Below are positions 7,907-17,125 of a DNA stretch of 64,000 nt, in pieces. The notes beneath the pieces were generated by a model that was not told where the DNA came from, ran no database searches, and worked only from the letters and a program-made list of their open reading frames with translations. This DNA is from an uncultured Gammaproteobacteria bacterium. Lineage in GTDB: Bacteria; Patescibacteriota; Patescibacteriia; Magasanikbacterales; GWA2-37-8. The stretch lies in assembly GCA_964536725.1 (NCBI GenBank), contig CAZHYJ010000001.1, positions 53,018-117,017 on the forward strand, written 5' to 3'. Positions within the stretch are counted from its first letter, which is position 1; each line of letters starts with the position of its first letter. The position numbers and the translations under genes are program-made.

Positions 7907-9483
7907 ATGTGAATAAACAGCTTGAAAAGAGCTGTTTTTTCTTTTATCTTCGCAATAAATTGTCGGTTCTAACATGGCCTTTTGAAGGACTTCATCCTTT
8001 AAACCTTCACGCAAAGTTAAGTATGGTTTTTGCAGTTCAATATGCAGTTTTTTGTCCTTTAAATAAAAGTTCTGACCGAGCGTTCGTAAAATATCGGTTT
8101 TAATCTGTATGTCTCCGGCCTCAAATTTGATTTTGGCATAGGTGGCAAACTCAAAAGCACCTTCCGTTAATTCTACCCATTCATTGACCCCTGTCTCAAT
8201 TTCTCTTATCACACCCTCAATTCGCGCCTTCTCCGTCATTAAGGAATTTTTCTGTTCTCTATATTCGTTATCACTTAAAAATGTTCGGTCAGCGTTACTC
8301 GGTGATATAAACAAATTTATTAAATTATCTATGCTTTTAAGGCAGTTGTTATAATTTTCTTGTTGAGCCTTTAATACAATCTCCCGGTTCTTTTCCTCAA
8401 TAATATTTCTGTTCCTTAATATTTCAACAGCCCAATGCAAAAATTCTTCCGGTATAGTAATGGCATCTAGATAGGTAGAAATTTGTTTTAGAATTTCCTC
8501 ACTGGTTATTGATTTTTGGCTGCATGTCTTACCACATTTATTATGCGAGCAATGGTGGTAAAGATGTCTTTTAATACTTCCGTCCTTCATCTTTTTAAAT
8601 TTTTCTTCGGCAGTTATCATACCATCGCATTCAGCACAACGGATTATTCCATTAAAAGGTAACCTTTTATATTTAGGCCGTGGTTTTCCGCTCTGCCCTA
8701 ATATTTTTTGTGCCAAATCAAACTGTTCTTTCGTGATCATTGGTTCATGTTTGCCTTCGTATATTTTTCCATTATAAACAAATTCACCACAATAAAAAGA
8801 ATTGGTAAATATTTTATACATTGCACTTAAACATAATGGCTGGCCATCTTTGTTTCTCAATCCATACTCATTGCATACTATCTGATGAATTTGATTAACG
8901 GAGTAGTTGCCGGTTAGCAATAACCCCCAGGCTTTTTTTACCAACTCAAATTTTGATTCGTCTTTAAATAATCTTTTTTTACCTTTTTCTCCTGCTTTAT
9001 CGTTTAGATATCCGATAGCAGCAATGCCCGGTCTCCATCCTTTTTCAACTTTTGTATTCATTCCTCGCTTAACATCCTTGCTTAAGTCAAGGACATACTG
9101 GTTGGCCATGCCAAACTCAACAGCCATCATCAATATGTTGTCGGTGGGTAAGTATTCTCTACCAGGCGTAACAATTGATTTTATTATCCCTTGTTGTAAA
9201 AGCCATTGTATCTCACCGCCATCAATTGGATTTCTGGCTAGACGGTTTAATTTCCAACAAACCACACCATCTGCTTCGCCGCGTTTTATCATTTTCATCA
9301 TTTCATCATATTGTGGTCTACCTGGTTTCTTTGCCGACATTGATTCGCCAAATGTTTTGATAATATTTAAGCCTTTTCTTTTAACTTCATATCCTAACTC
9401 CTTTTTTTGATCATCAATAGATTGAACTTGACGATCTTCGGAATCAGTAGATTTTCTACAATACATGATATAGCGTAATGACA
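7895..9483 (-). CDS. Large serine recombinase (resolvase-type N-domain, recombinase domain and zinc-ribbon), integrase of an integrated element
   Basis: N-terminal ..YCRKSTDSEDRQVQSIDDQ.. holds the catalytic-Ser region. ..VVCWKLNRLARNPIDGGEI.. and a Cys cluster (..CAECDGM...HHCSHNKCGKTC..) follow. The ORF is open to 9541; the likely start is MSLRYIMYC at 9483. Confidence 0.8.
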
Positions 9484-9510
9484 TATAATTTAATTTTAAT
9501 AATAAATAAA

Positions 9511-9630
9511 AGGACGGTCTGGTTGACCCAACTCTATACATTCCGAAGGAATGATATCGCTGGCAGACCGCCCTTTTATGGCAGTGATATCAAAAAATAA
9601 AACCTTCGGATAGATTATAGGTTGGGTCAA
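9511..9630. repeat. Nested inverted repeats just upstream of the recombinase start: GTTGACCCAAC/GTTGGGTCAAC, CCGAAGG/CCTTCGG, GGACGGTCTGG/~GGCAGACCGCC
   Basis: Seen directly. Candidate operator or recombinase-binding site. Confidence 0.4.
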
Positions 9631-9706
9631 CGGATATATTATAGCATATGATTTTAGTTATTTCTATATTATCTGGACTTAAAAAAGTAAACCAAAGTAA
9701 ACAGAA

Positions 9707-10105
9707 TTATGGCGGTCTTTCAAACCCTTGAATCTCTCTCAACAGGCGATGTCCTTGTTGTTTTGCTGTTTTGGGACTAAATCCTGCCCGAATTGCCGCC
9801 TCTTTGGCATTGCCTAATGTTGCTATGTAGTTATGCAAAAAACGTAGTCTCCGCAAACAAGGCCCATTAAACGCTGGAAGGCGCTTCACAATTGTGTTGT
9901 TCATGACATAGTCTGCAATATAAAAAAATACTAATTTATTTGGTTTGCAAAAGATAAGATCCCTTATAAAACGTATCTCTTGAATATTAAACCTTGGTAG
10001 TTTTTTAGGTTTTTTAAAATCGTCTGATAGATATAATGTATTTAAACACTCTATAAGAAATTTGGTGCTATAAGTCGTTTCCTTCTTGGTGTGGGTTTGT
10101 TTCAT
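9707..10105 (-). CDS. Protein with a C-terminal terminase-small-subunit-like HTH
   Basis: ..IATLGNAKEAAIRAGFSPKTAKQQGHRLL.. resembles the Terminase_2 N-terminal DNA-binding motif. Confidence 0.4.
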   Translation of the reverse strand: MKQTHTKKETTYSTKFLIECLNTLYLSDDFKKPKKLPRFNIQEIRFIRDLIFCKPNKLVFFYIADYVMNNTIVKRLPAFNGPCLRRLRFLHNYIATLGNAKEAAIRAGFSPKTAKQQGHRLLREIQGFERPP

Positions 10106-10250
10106 AGAGATAGTTTTTAATAATTAAATTTAAAATATCCGTCATTACCGAACCTTTGGAGGCGGCAACAACTTTAAGTTCCTTATGCAACTCCTTATCA
10201 ATACGAACTTGTTTTGTATTGTTTTTATTATTTTGTAACTTTGTTGACAT
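10068..10250 (-). CDS. Ribbon-helix-helix (CopG/Arc-like) DNA-binding protein
   Basis: MSTKLQNNKNNTKQVRIDKELHKELKVVAASKGSVMTDILNLIIKNYL is an RHH-like beta-strand followed by two helices. The ORF is open upstream only because of the G/C-rich leader. Confidence 0.45.
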   Translation of the reverse strand: MSTKLQNNKNNTKQVRIDKELHKELKVVAASKGSVMTDILNLIIKNYLYETNPHQEGNDL

Positions 10251-10262
10251 ATTATTACCATC

Positions 10263-10334
10263 ACCCTTCCCTAGATAACCCTCTCCCTCCCTGCACTCCC
10301 TCAACCCGAATGTCCTACTTGTCCTGTCCCTCCC
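10263..10334 (-). promoter_or_regulatory. G-tract-rich leader (GGGAGGGAGAGGG..GGG..GGG on the minus strand) upstream of the RHH gene; potential G-quadruplex or i-motif
   Basis: There are at least six C3 tracts on the plus strand within 70 nt, in otherwise AT-rich DNA. Confidence 0.35.
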
Positions 10335-10548
10335 GTAAAGAGTCTCGTCTTTACTCAAAGGTTTGGTTAGTTTGGTCATTTTAAGTGAAAAATTTTTCAC
10401 TCATTCGGTATATCGGTCGTTTGGTCGGTCGCCCATAATCTCTGCTAAATTTTATTTTATATCGTTTTAGCCAGCGCTATGGGTGCGCCCTCATACGATA
10501 AGGTTCAAAGTCCTGATCTATTTCTTTGTTAGAAATAAGTCGGGGCTT

Positions 10549-10812
10549 TTAACTTTGGGATATGTTGTTAAGCCATTTTAAATTAGCCTGTGGCACAAAA
10601 TTTAAGATAGCATTCGGCATAGCAGCCCCTCCGCTCACAAACTCTCGGCCAGCTATTTTGTTCTTCTTGGTCTCTCTCATCCAGCGACATTTGTCTTGTG
10701 TGCTACCGCTTCTTAAATTTAAATCAGGATCCAGTGGACAAAGATTTTGAGAACAGGAGTTAAAATTTGGGCAATGACGTAAATTATCAACGGCGTTTAA
10801 TTCTTTTGTCAT
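10549..10812 (-). CDS. Hypothetical small Cys-containing protein (CPNFNSCSQNLCPLD...C)
   Basis: ORF only. Possible zinc-binding motif. Confidence 0.3.
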   Translation of the reverse strand: MTKELNAVDNLRHCPNFNSCSQNLCPLDPDLNLRSGSTQDKCRWMRETKKNKIAGREFVSGGAAMPNAILNFVPQANLKWLNNISQS

Positions 10813-10814
10813 AT

Positions 10815-11000
10815 TTATGTATTATTTTTTGGAGTTAAGCTATGTTTATTATGTTCTGCTTTGGTTATGGGTTGAAAAACTAACTCAACAAGCCGGAGAA
10901 GTTTGATCCCGATTTCACACGCTTCTTTCTTGGTTGTTTCTTTGCCATGTCGTTTGCAAAGAGTTTGAAATTCTAGGATTTCGTCCTCGGACAAGATCAT
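10815..11000 (-). CDS. Hypothetical small protein
   Basis: ORF only. Tightly spaced with its neighbours on the same strand. Confidence 0.3.
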   Translation of the reverse strand: MILSEDEILEFQTLCKRHGKETTKKEACEIGIKLLRLVELVFQPITKAEHNKHSLTPKNNT

Positions 11001-11082
11001 AATTAAAAATCACACTGGGTTATAGTGTGATTATATATGACTTAATTTTGAGTAGTGTGACGATAACTGGCACCAATTAAAA

Positions 11083-11856
11083 TCAGTCACCAAATAACAT
11101 TTTTCTCTTTTTTTGAATTACAGAGTAGATTTTTCTTACAAGTGAGGCTTTACTTGTTTTTTTAAAAAACTTTTTAGCTATTTCTTTACTGGTGTATTGC
11201 TCTAACTTTTTATCTACTTTATATCCATTTTTTTTCTTTATTTTTTCATATTCAGTTTCACTATACTGTTTTTTTAGTATTGATAGATACATACTGGGGT
11301 GTTCAACCCACTCTTTTTTTCTTTTCCGCATTTCCTCTTCAATTTTTATAGCTAAATCTATATCAATTTTGGGTCTTAAATCCAGCGTTACCTTTGATGG
11401 CAAAAATTCTTTTTGTAATTGTAGTAATTTTTTGGTCGCTGCTCTAATTTCTTCTTTTGTTAGCGATGCATATGCTTTAATTGATACCCACTTATTAGAT
11501 CTGTTTCCGCTAGGGTCTGGGCCAAGAGAAACAGCAAAGTTAATTTTAGGAGCATCTATTTTATTAGAAATAATAAAATTTTTTATATGAATCAAAAAAT
11601 TATACCGTAATTGATATTTTTTTGTTAAACTTTCTGCATTATAAAAAAGACCGCTCTCATCCAATAATGATCTTTTGTTTGGGGGAAGCGCGTTTAGGTT
11701 TTTGCCAAGCCAATGTTTTTTTAGTATTTCATTATCAAATCCATGTACAGGAATTTTTATTTTTTTTCTGATCTTTTTAACATCCTCCAAAAATTTTGGA
11801 TGACTTGCGAGCAGTTTCATTATAAACAAATTTTCTTTATATGTTTTTTCAAACAT
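11083..11856 (-). CDS. Hypothetical Lys-rich protein
   Basis: ORF with coherent composition. No recognised motif. Confidence 0.4.
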   Translation of the reverse strand: MFEKTYKENLFIMKLLASHPKFLEDVKKIRKKIKIPVHGFDNEILKKHWLGKNLNALPPNKRSLLDESGLFYNAESLTKKYQLRYNFLIHIKNFIISNKIDAPKINFAVSLGPDPSGNRSNKWVSIKAYASLTKEEIRAATKKLLQLQKEFLPSKVTLDLRPKIDIDLAIKIEEEMRKRKKEWVEHPSMYLSILKKQYSETEYEKIKKKNGYKVDKKLEQYTSKEIAKKFFKKTSKASLVRKIYSVIQKKRKMLFGD

Positions 11857-11883
11857 ATGGTAATTTTAAAAATTATACCTTTG

Positions 11884-11912
11884 TTGACTTGAGGGTAAAT
11901 AAGCTGTAATAT
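11884..11912 (+). promoter_or_regulatory. Promoter (TTGACT-17-TAATAT) reading into the structured RNA region and the first cassette
   Basis: The hexamers are seen directly. Confidence 0.45.
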
Positions 11913-12024
11913 TATGATATTATAATTTAGTATATATTAGCTTAACTACAAAGACAAATTACTAATTACAATACCTAACCCCTAGAGACTTCTGGCGATT
12001 CTTTTCTAGGATATGGTAATCAAA

Positions 12025-12137
12025 CCCTACGCGAATAAAGATGGTCTTCTGACCAGCACTTATTCGCGTAGGTTCACTCCCGAAAGGGGGCGAGGCAGGT
12101 CCGAAAGGATTTGTCGCTGTGTCGGGAGGCCTTTTTT
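12025..12137 (+). ncRNA. Candidate structured RNA: a 14-bp hairpin, then a helix with GAAA tetraloop carrying the SRP-RNA-like motif CAGGUCCGAAAGGA, then GCCUUUUUU
   Basis: The local sequence is GC-rich. Paired arms are CCCTACGCGAATAA/TTATTCGCGTAGG and CTCCCGA/TCGGGAG. A 10-nt direct repeat CCTACGCGAA lies at 12026 and 12167. SRP RNA identity is a guess. Confidence 0.25.
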
Positions 12138-12180
12138 GTTCTCTCGGCGAGCCCTAATTATTAAATCCTACGCGAAAAAT

Positions 12181-12903
12181 ATGAAGAAATATCTTCTAAT
12201 TTTATTCTTGGTAGCAATCATGTTTCCCTCGGTAGCTTTTGCTTCTTGGTGGAATCCTTTTTCTTGGAAAATTTTTAATTCCTCTCACAAAAAAGAAGTA
12301 GTGCTACAGGCACAGGCGGTTAATAATAAACCAGTAGTTAGTCCAACGGTAGAAAACAAAAAACTACAAAATCAAAATTTAAATTTAGAAAAAAAACCAA
12401 AAGAAATCGCTAATGATGAATGGTATAATGTTACAATTTTAACTCCTCCGAACAGAAAATCAGATGATCCACCTGGGGGAATGAAGTTTGAGGTTAAACT
12501 TAAAAATCTAAATGTAACCCCGTTTATTACAAATCTAGGTATCTGTGGATGTACTCTTTCTGATCTGAAAGGGAAAACCTACAGAACTGAATTTTCCGGT
12601 GAAGGTAGATTAAAAAAGGCTTTATTACCAGGAGAGGAAGCCAGCTTAAATTTTTTTAGTACGTTCAGTCATAGAGAATTTGTTAAAAATGGTGAAGTTG
12701 AGTGTCGCGGGGAAAATACTTTAGATTTTATTATGTTGGATTGGAGTAAAAATATAGTTAAGTGTATATATAATCAATCCGGTGAGTGTGCATGTGAAGA
12801 TCTTGGCCCAATGCATGTTGTGAATTGTGATTTCAGTATTTCAACAGATGGCAAGCAAGCTTCTTGCTGGGGCAAATATCCGACGACAGTAAAAATAGAT
12901 TAG
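12181..12903 (+). CDS. Secreted hypothetical protein (signal peptide MKKYLLILFLVAIMFPSVAFA)
   Basis: The ORF is open from 12013, but the N-terminal 56 codons overlap the structured RNA. The likely start is M12181. Confidence 0.5.
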   Translation: MKKYLLILFLVAIMFPSVAFASWWNPFSWKIFNSSHKKEVVLQAQAVNNKPVVSPTVENKKLQNQNLNLEKKPKEIANDEWYNVTILTPPNRKSDDPPGGMKFEVKLKNLNVTPFITNLGICGCTLSDLKGKTYRTEFSGEGRLKKALLPGEEASLNFFSTFSHREFVKNGEVECRGENTLDFIMLDWSKNIVKCIYNQSGECACEDLGPMHVVNCDFSISTDGKQASCWGKYPTTVKID

Positions 12904-12928
12904 GATTTATCCAAATTGCACCAAAATT

Positions 12929-13903
12929 ATGGATGTTAAACAAATCAATGAGTACGCTGAAAAATTGTGTAGTGTTATTAAACTCTATTACCTAAAGGAT
13001 TATTGTGATAATGATAAAAACTGGTTTAGTGCCTGCCAATTATCAATGCGTAATTTTGTTTTGTCTCGTAATGGGTGGCTTAAAAGTGATAAATCTGAAG
13101 ATACTTTGGTATTTGCTGGCAAACACCACTTAACGGTAAATATACTCTACAGCGGCTCACCGGGTGAGCTCATGCTAAATACAGCAATCGGTATTGCCAA
13201 AGCAGAGTTAATTGATAATTTTAACACCAATGGAAAAAATACGCTTGAAGACACTGTAACAAACATTGAAAAATGTGTTAGAGGTCAGGATTGGATAATA
13301 CCATTTGTGCGTAATAAACATTTTACCCAAAACAATAATAAAAATATGAACAAACACACCTCTATTCTTCGTTGGCTCTCAATAATACCAGTGGTTTTTA
13401 CAATTGTTTATTTATCGGATTGGATTGTAAGATTTATTTTATGGTTTTTGCGTTTACCAATAATTATATTTGAAAAGATTTTTGGTTTTGGTTCCGGCCC
13501 AATTGGAAAATTGTTTGATAATATAACAAATTTTCTTTTTGGACTTAATAGTATTGGCACTTTGACCGTAATTTTTTCTGGTCTACTAACAATGTCAGCA
13601 ATTGTTTATCTTTTGGCCATTATTATACCTAAAGACAATAAATCTACCGCACGAACATTGGCAATAATTTTATTGACTTTTTTCGCTATTAGTTTAGTTG
13701 CCACTTTTTTATCTAACAGAATGACAGGAGAAGTCATACTATATACAATCGTTTTAACAACGGGAGCTATTTTGGGGTGGAATTCAATTAAAAAAGAGAC
13801 AGAAAAAGAAAGGGAAAAACATGAGTATCTGGTTCAAAAATATATTAAGCGTATTTTTATTTTTACAACTCTGTTTACGGTATTTTTGTTATTTTTTTCT
13901 TGA
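12929..13903 (+). CDS. Hypothetical protein with a soluble N-domain and a C-terminal multi-TM region
   Basis: ORF. Several hydrophobic helices lie in the C-terminal half. Confidence 0.5.
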   Translation: MDVKQINEYAEKLCSVIKLYYLKDYCDNDKNWFSACQLSMRNFVLSRNGWLKSDKSEDTLVFAGKHHLTVNILYSGSPGELMLNTAIGIAKAELIDNFNTNGKNTLEDTVTNIEKCVRGQDWIIPFVRNKHFTQNNNKNMNKHTSILRWLSIIPVVFTIVYLSDWIVRFILWFLRLPIIIFEKIFGFGSGPIGKLFDNITNFLFGLNSIGTLTVIFSGLLTMSAIVYLLAIIIPKDNKSTARTLAIILLTFFAISLVATFLSNRMTGEVILYTIVLTTGAILGWNSIKKETEKEREKHEYLVQKYIKRIFIFTTLFTVFLLFFS

Positions 13904-13953
13904 GATAAGGTAGGTTCATTATTTGGAGTGTGTTATAGTGGTACATTAACTTT

Positions 13954-14445
13954 ATGAAAGGTAAGCACGAAAAATATATAGTATTATTCTTTTTCGGCGT
14001 TGTCGCAATAGCTGGTATTGTTATTTATAACAACAATAAAATAAACAGCTTTTCAAATTCACTTACCGTAAACGCACAAGCCAATAATAAAGCAGTAGAA
14101 CAACAAGTAAATAATGGCTGGGAAGACTGTGAAAATTATAAAGATATAGAAATTTTTAAAAAACCAAAACAGATTGTCTGGTTAGCCAAAATGAATGGTT
14201 GTCTAGAGAGTTGCCAAGGAGGGTCTTTTACCAGTATAGAAGCAGGAGTTGAATACCCAAGGTTTGCCGCCTATCTACCAGATGGCGAAAAAATACCCGA
14301 GGAGTATAAGGATAAAAATGATCTAGTTTTAAAGATAGTCGGCGAATGGATCGGCATTGGCGACGATTATTACAATACCGTTTTTAGTGGTCAATGCGTG
14401 CCTATAATTACAATTAAAAGCGTTACACCGGCAGCAAACATTTGA
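13954..14445 (+). CDS. Hypothetical membrane-anchored protein
   Basis: N-terminal TM helix; Cys-containing ectodomain. Confidence 0.45.
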   Translation: MKGKHEKYIVLFFFGVVAIAGIVIYNNNKINSFSNSLTVNAQANNKAVEQQVNNGWEDCENYKDIEIFKKPKQIVWLAKMNGCLESCQGGSFTSIEAGVEYPRFAAYLPDGEKIPEEYKDKNDLVLKIVGEWIGIGDDYYNTVFSGQCVPIITIKSVTPAANI

Positions 14446-14491
14446 TAGATTTGGATATCTGTATAATCGTAGTAACTAAAGCCTAAAAAAT

Positions 14492-14785
14492 GTGAAAAAA
14501 ATATTTCTCTATATATTTTGGACGATGATGCTAATATTTATCGCGGTAGCGCTAATTTATGGGTTTATAACTTATTCCATCTTTAAGGTAGATTCAAGTG
14601 GGCTGATTTATGATGGTCTTGGCAGACAACTTTATGAAGCGCCTCTTTGGGCGAAGTTTTTATTATTGAACGAACACCGGTGGCCTGGTTTATTTTGGAC
14701 AATATTTGATAGAGCAGCATGTGTTTGTTTTGGCAGTTTGGCATATATAATGCATAAACTTGCAACAAAAATGAGCATTGAATAA
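14492..14785 (+). CDS. Hypothetical small membrane protein
   Basis: Two predicted TM helices. Confidence 0.4.
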   Translation: MKKIFLYIFWTMMLIFIAVALIYGFITYSIFKVDSSGLIYDGLGRQLYEAPLWAKFLLLNEHRWPGLFWTIFDRAACVCFGSLAYIMHKLATKMSIE

Positions 14786-14803
14786 AAATTTGTATCAAGT
14801 ACT

Positions 14804-15289
14804 ATGCCCATCCTCTCAACGTTTTACACCATAGTAATTCCAATTGAAAACTTAAAAAGAGTCTTAACTGATGAGGAATTACAAAAAGCCTTGGCCGAAA
14901 AGAATTATCTGACCATGGTTAGGTTTGATGATAATTTATATAGTGAATCCACAATGGGCCCTTATGATAATGAAATTGTTATTAAGTATTGGGAAAGCAA
15001 GGGTTTAATTCCGACAGAAATAGTTAATGGAGAAGAGCGTTGGAAAGATCTGTGTCTGGTGGCTGCACCCGATAATCAGCCGACAGCACCTTGTGATTGG
15101 GTTGAAATCTTCTCTGTTGATGAATATAACAGCTATATTAACTTGAAAGGAAAACCAAGAGATCTTCTAGTAAAACAAACATCTTCGGTTGAAGAATTTG
15201 CGAAAGCATTAAAATACACGAAACAAGAATTGCAGCAACTCCTTCACAACAGGCCTATAACAAAAAAAGTCTGTTTTAGAGATTATTGA
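14804..15289 (+). CDS. Hypothetical cytoplasmic protein
   Basis: ORF only. Confidence 0.45.
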   Translation: MPILSTFYTIVIPIENLKRVLTDEELQKALAEKNYLTMVRFDDNLYSESTMGPYDNEIVIKYWESKGLIPTEIVNGEERWKDLCLVAAPDNQPTAPCDWVEIFSVDEYNSYINLKGKPRDLLVKQTSSVEEFAKALKYTKQELQQLLHNRPITKKVCFRDY

Positions 15290-15353
15290 GTGTCTTCTAA
15301 ATTAGGTTGACTTACCCATGTTGTTAGGCTAACATAAAGCCGTAAAACACTTT

Positions 15354-15749
15354 ATGAAAAAGGCCTATCTAACTTTTCTATTTTTATTCATTTTTCTTCC
15401 ATCGGTAACCTTGGCCCACCCCGGACGCACGGATTCTTCTGGTTGCCATACTTGTCGCACAAATTGTGCTAAATGGGGGCTTTCTACGGGCGAATATCAT
15501 TGTCATAGGGCAAAGACACTCCCGCAGCCAAAAGAGCCCATTAAAAGCCATTTTAGCGAGACTGGTGGGTATATCACGCCGGCACCGGAGTATAAACAAC
15601 CTGCCACTAATATTAAAAAGGCAGTTACGACAACCGCCGAAGTTAAGCCGGTAGTAAAACAGGTTGAAGTTAAATCAACTGCTAAACAAGCAGAGGTTAA
15701 AGTGAGCGAATCGTGGTTTACTAAGTTGGTTAGATTTTTGTTTAAATAA
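15354..15749 (+). CDS. Secreted protein with a Cys/His motif (..GRTDSSGCHTCRTNCAKWGLSTGEYHCH..) and a Lys/Val-rich repetitive tail
   Basis: Signal peptide; GxCHxC...YHCH metal-binding-like motif. Confidence 0.45.
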   Translation: MKKAYLTFLFLFIFLPSVTLAHPGRTDSSGCHTCRTNCAKWGLSTGEYHCHRAKTLPQPKEPIKSHFSETGGYITPAPEYKQPATNIKKAVTTTAEVKPVVKQVEVKSTAKQAEVKVSESWFTKLVRFLFK

Positions 15750-15750
15750 T

Positions 15751-16482
15751 ATGGAAAAAATTAGCCTTATAGCACAAGTATTCTTAGTTTTAATAACTAT
15801 AGCGGGCTGGTTTGCCGTCTACTACCTAAATTTAAAACAACAACGGAAAAATTTGGAAGATAACGCAAAATATAGGGTTTATGAAAAATTTTGGTCGTCA
15901 AGAGGACTTATATATAGCACACATAATCAATTAAGTAGCCAAATATTTGTGGGCCCGCCATTTATTCTAATGGATTCCACAAAAATTCTTGGGCAAGTCA
16001 CGAACAGGCAGGAAGATGTGTGGAAAGGACAACAGAACGCTATACAGATCTTTTTTGAATATCGGAATAAATTAGCGTCGTTAAATGAAAATTTTAATGA
16101 CACATATCTACAATTTTGGAGAGATGTTGAAATGTGGTTACATGTAATGCCAGACCTTGAACAATCGGCAAAGATTCTTTTTTCTGAATATACTATTACA
16201 AAAGATTTAGTTTACAAACATATTAGTTATTTACAGATTCTTGACGCTCAAAAATGGGAGACATTTAATCGCAACGATATCAAAGAAAGAGCAGAGACGG
16301 TATGGGGTAGTATGTCTAACCTCAGTGCTTACACGGAGGATTTTATGGCGTTAATTCACAACGAGCTTGTTGGTCCGTTATTTAAGTACAAAAAAACTGT
16401 CAGGGTCCCAATGGATCAGAGATATAAAGTGTTAACTAAAGATGGTTTGAAAATTATTGATAGTGCACATAGCATAAAATGA
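15751..16482 (+). CDS. Hypothetical protein with an N-terminal TM helix
   Basis: ORF only. Confidence 0.45.
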   Translation: MEKISLIAQVFLVLITIAGWFAVYYLNLKQQRKNLEDNAKYRVYEKFWSSRGLIYSTHNQLSSQIFVGPPFILMDSTKILGQVTNRQEDVWKGQQNAIQIFFEYRNKLASLNENFNDTYLQFWRDVEMWLHVMPDLEQSAKILFSEYTITKDLVYKHISYLQILDAQKWETFNRNDIKERAETVWGSMSNLSAYTEDFMALIHNELVGPLFKYKKTVRVPMDQRYKVLTKDGLKIIDSAHSIK

Positions 16483-16710
16483 TGATTAAAAGTTATCAAT
16501 ACAAAACTTCGTTTGAGTAGTGGTTATTTGGCACCATTTTTGCATGATGGATGATGGTGTTGCTTTAATGTAAAAAGGGTTGTATACTATAGATAGTGAA
16601 TATTCTTCAATTTTACATGATGTGTTATGTGGTGGGTTCTTTTTAGTGAGTAGGCTTTATAAATATTGACATTTTTTAGTAATTGTGTTTAAATGTTATA
16701 CTAAACTTAT

Positions 16711-17121
16711 ATGGGGAATTTGTCACCACTACAACATAGAATCAACGTAATATTAGCTAATCTCAGAGTGAAATTATTTCCGAGTAATAATTTGATAAAA
16801 GAGGTGCATGTTTGTTGTAACCAAAAATTACCAAAGGATGTTAAGGTGATTTGGAAAAGAGAAGATGATGGTTTTATAGTTGGCCATGTTAATGTAGATG
16901 GTTATGAGTTTACTACCCAAGGTAAAAATGCTAAAGATTTTATAAACATGGTAAATGATGCCATCTACGCTATTTACGAAATCCCCCCACAGTATATTCC
17001 TTATCTTGGTGGTTATCAAAGATATTTTCCTAAACCAGATCAGCTAGAACTGTTAAAAGATAAAAGCATTACAAATTCAACTCTTGGTTTCTATCAAAAC
17101 CAACATTGTCCAGCATCTTAA
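16711..17121 (+). CDS. hicB: HicB-like antitoxin (RNase H-like fold N-domain)
   Basis: ..WKREDDGFIVGHVNVDGYEFTTQGKNAKDFINMVNDAIYAIYE.. matches the HicB N-terminal pattern. It directly precedes the HicA-like gene. Confidence 0.5.
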   Translation: MGNLSPLQHRINVILANLRVKLFPSNNLIKEVHVCCNQKLPKDVKVIWKREDDGFIVGHVNVDGYEFTTQGKNAKDFINMVNDAIYAIYEIPPQYIPYLGGYQRYFPKPDQLELLKDKSITNSTLGFYQNQHCPAS

Positions 17122-17125
17122 GAAT

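Larger units (their letters stand above)
7895..11860. mobile_element. Putative tRNA-Gly-associated integrated element (minimum extent; the right boundary is not defined)
   Basis: Recombinase abutting a tRNA 3' end. Terminase-small-subunit-like HTH, RHH regulator and small hypothetical genes all sit on the minus strand. A divergent promoter region lies at about 11.86-11.92 kb. Confidence 0.35.

Noticed and set aside
7855-8103. 82-aa plus-strand ORF starting inside tRNA-Gly(GCC).
   Set aside because: It overlaps the tRNA and lies antisense to the recombinase C-terminus. It has no independent support.
12013-12180. Upstream extension of the 12013-12903 ORF (MVIKPYANKDG...RGRGRSERICRCVGRPF..).
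   Set aside because: The Arg-rich stretch is read through a GC-rich hairpin-forming region. A signal peptide begins at M12181. The extension is more likely RNA structure than protein.
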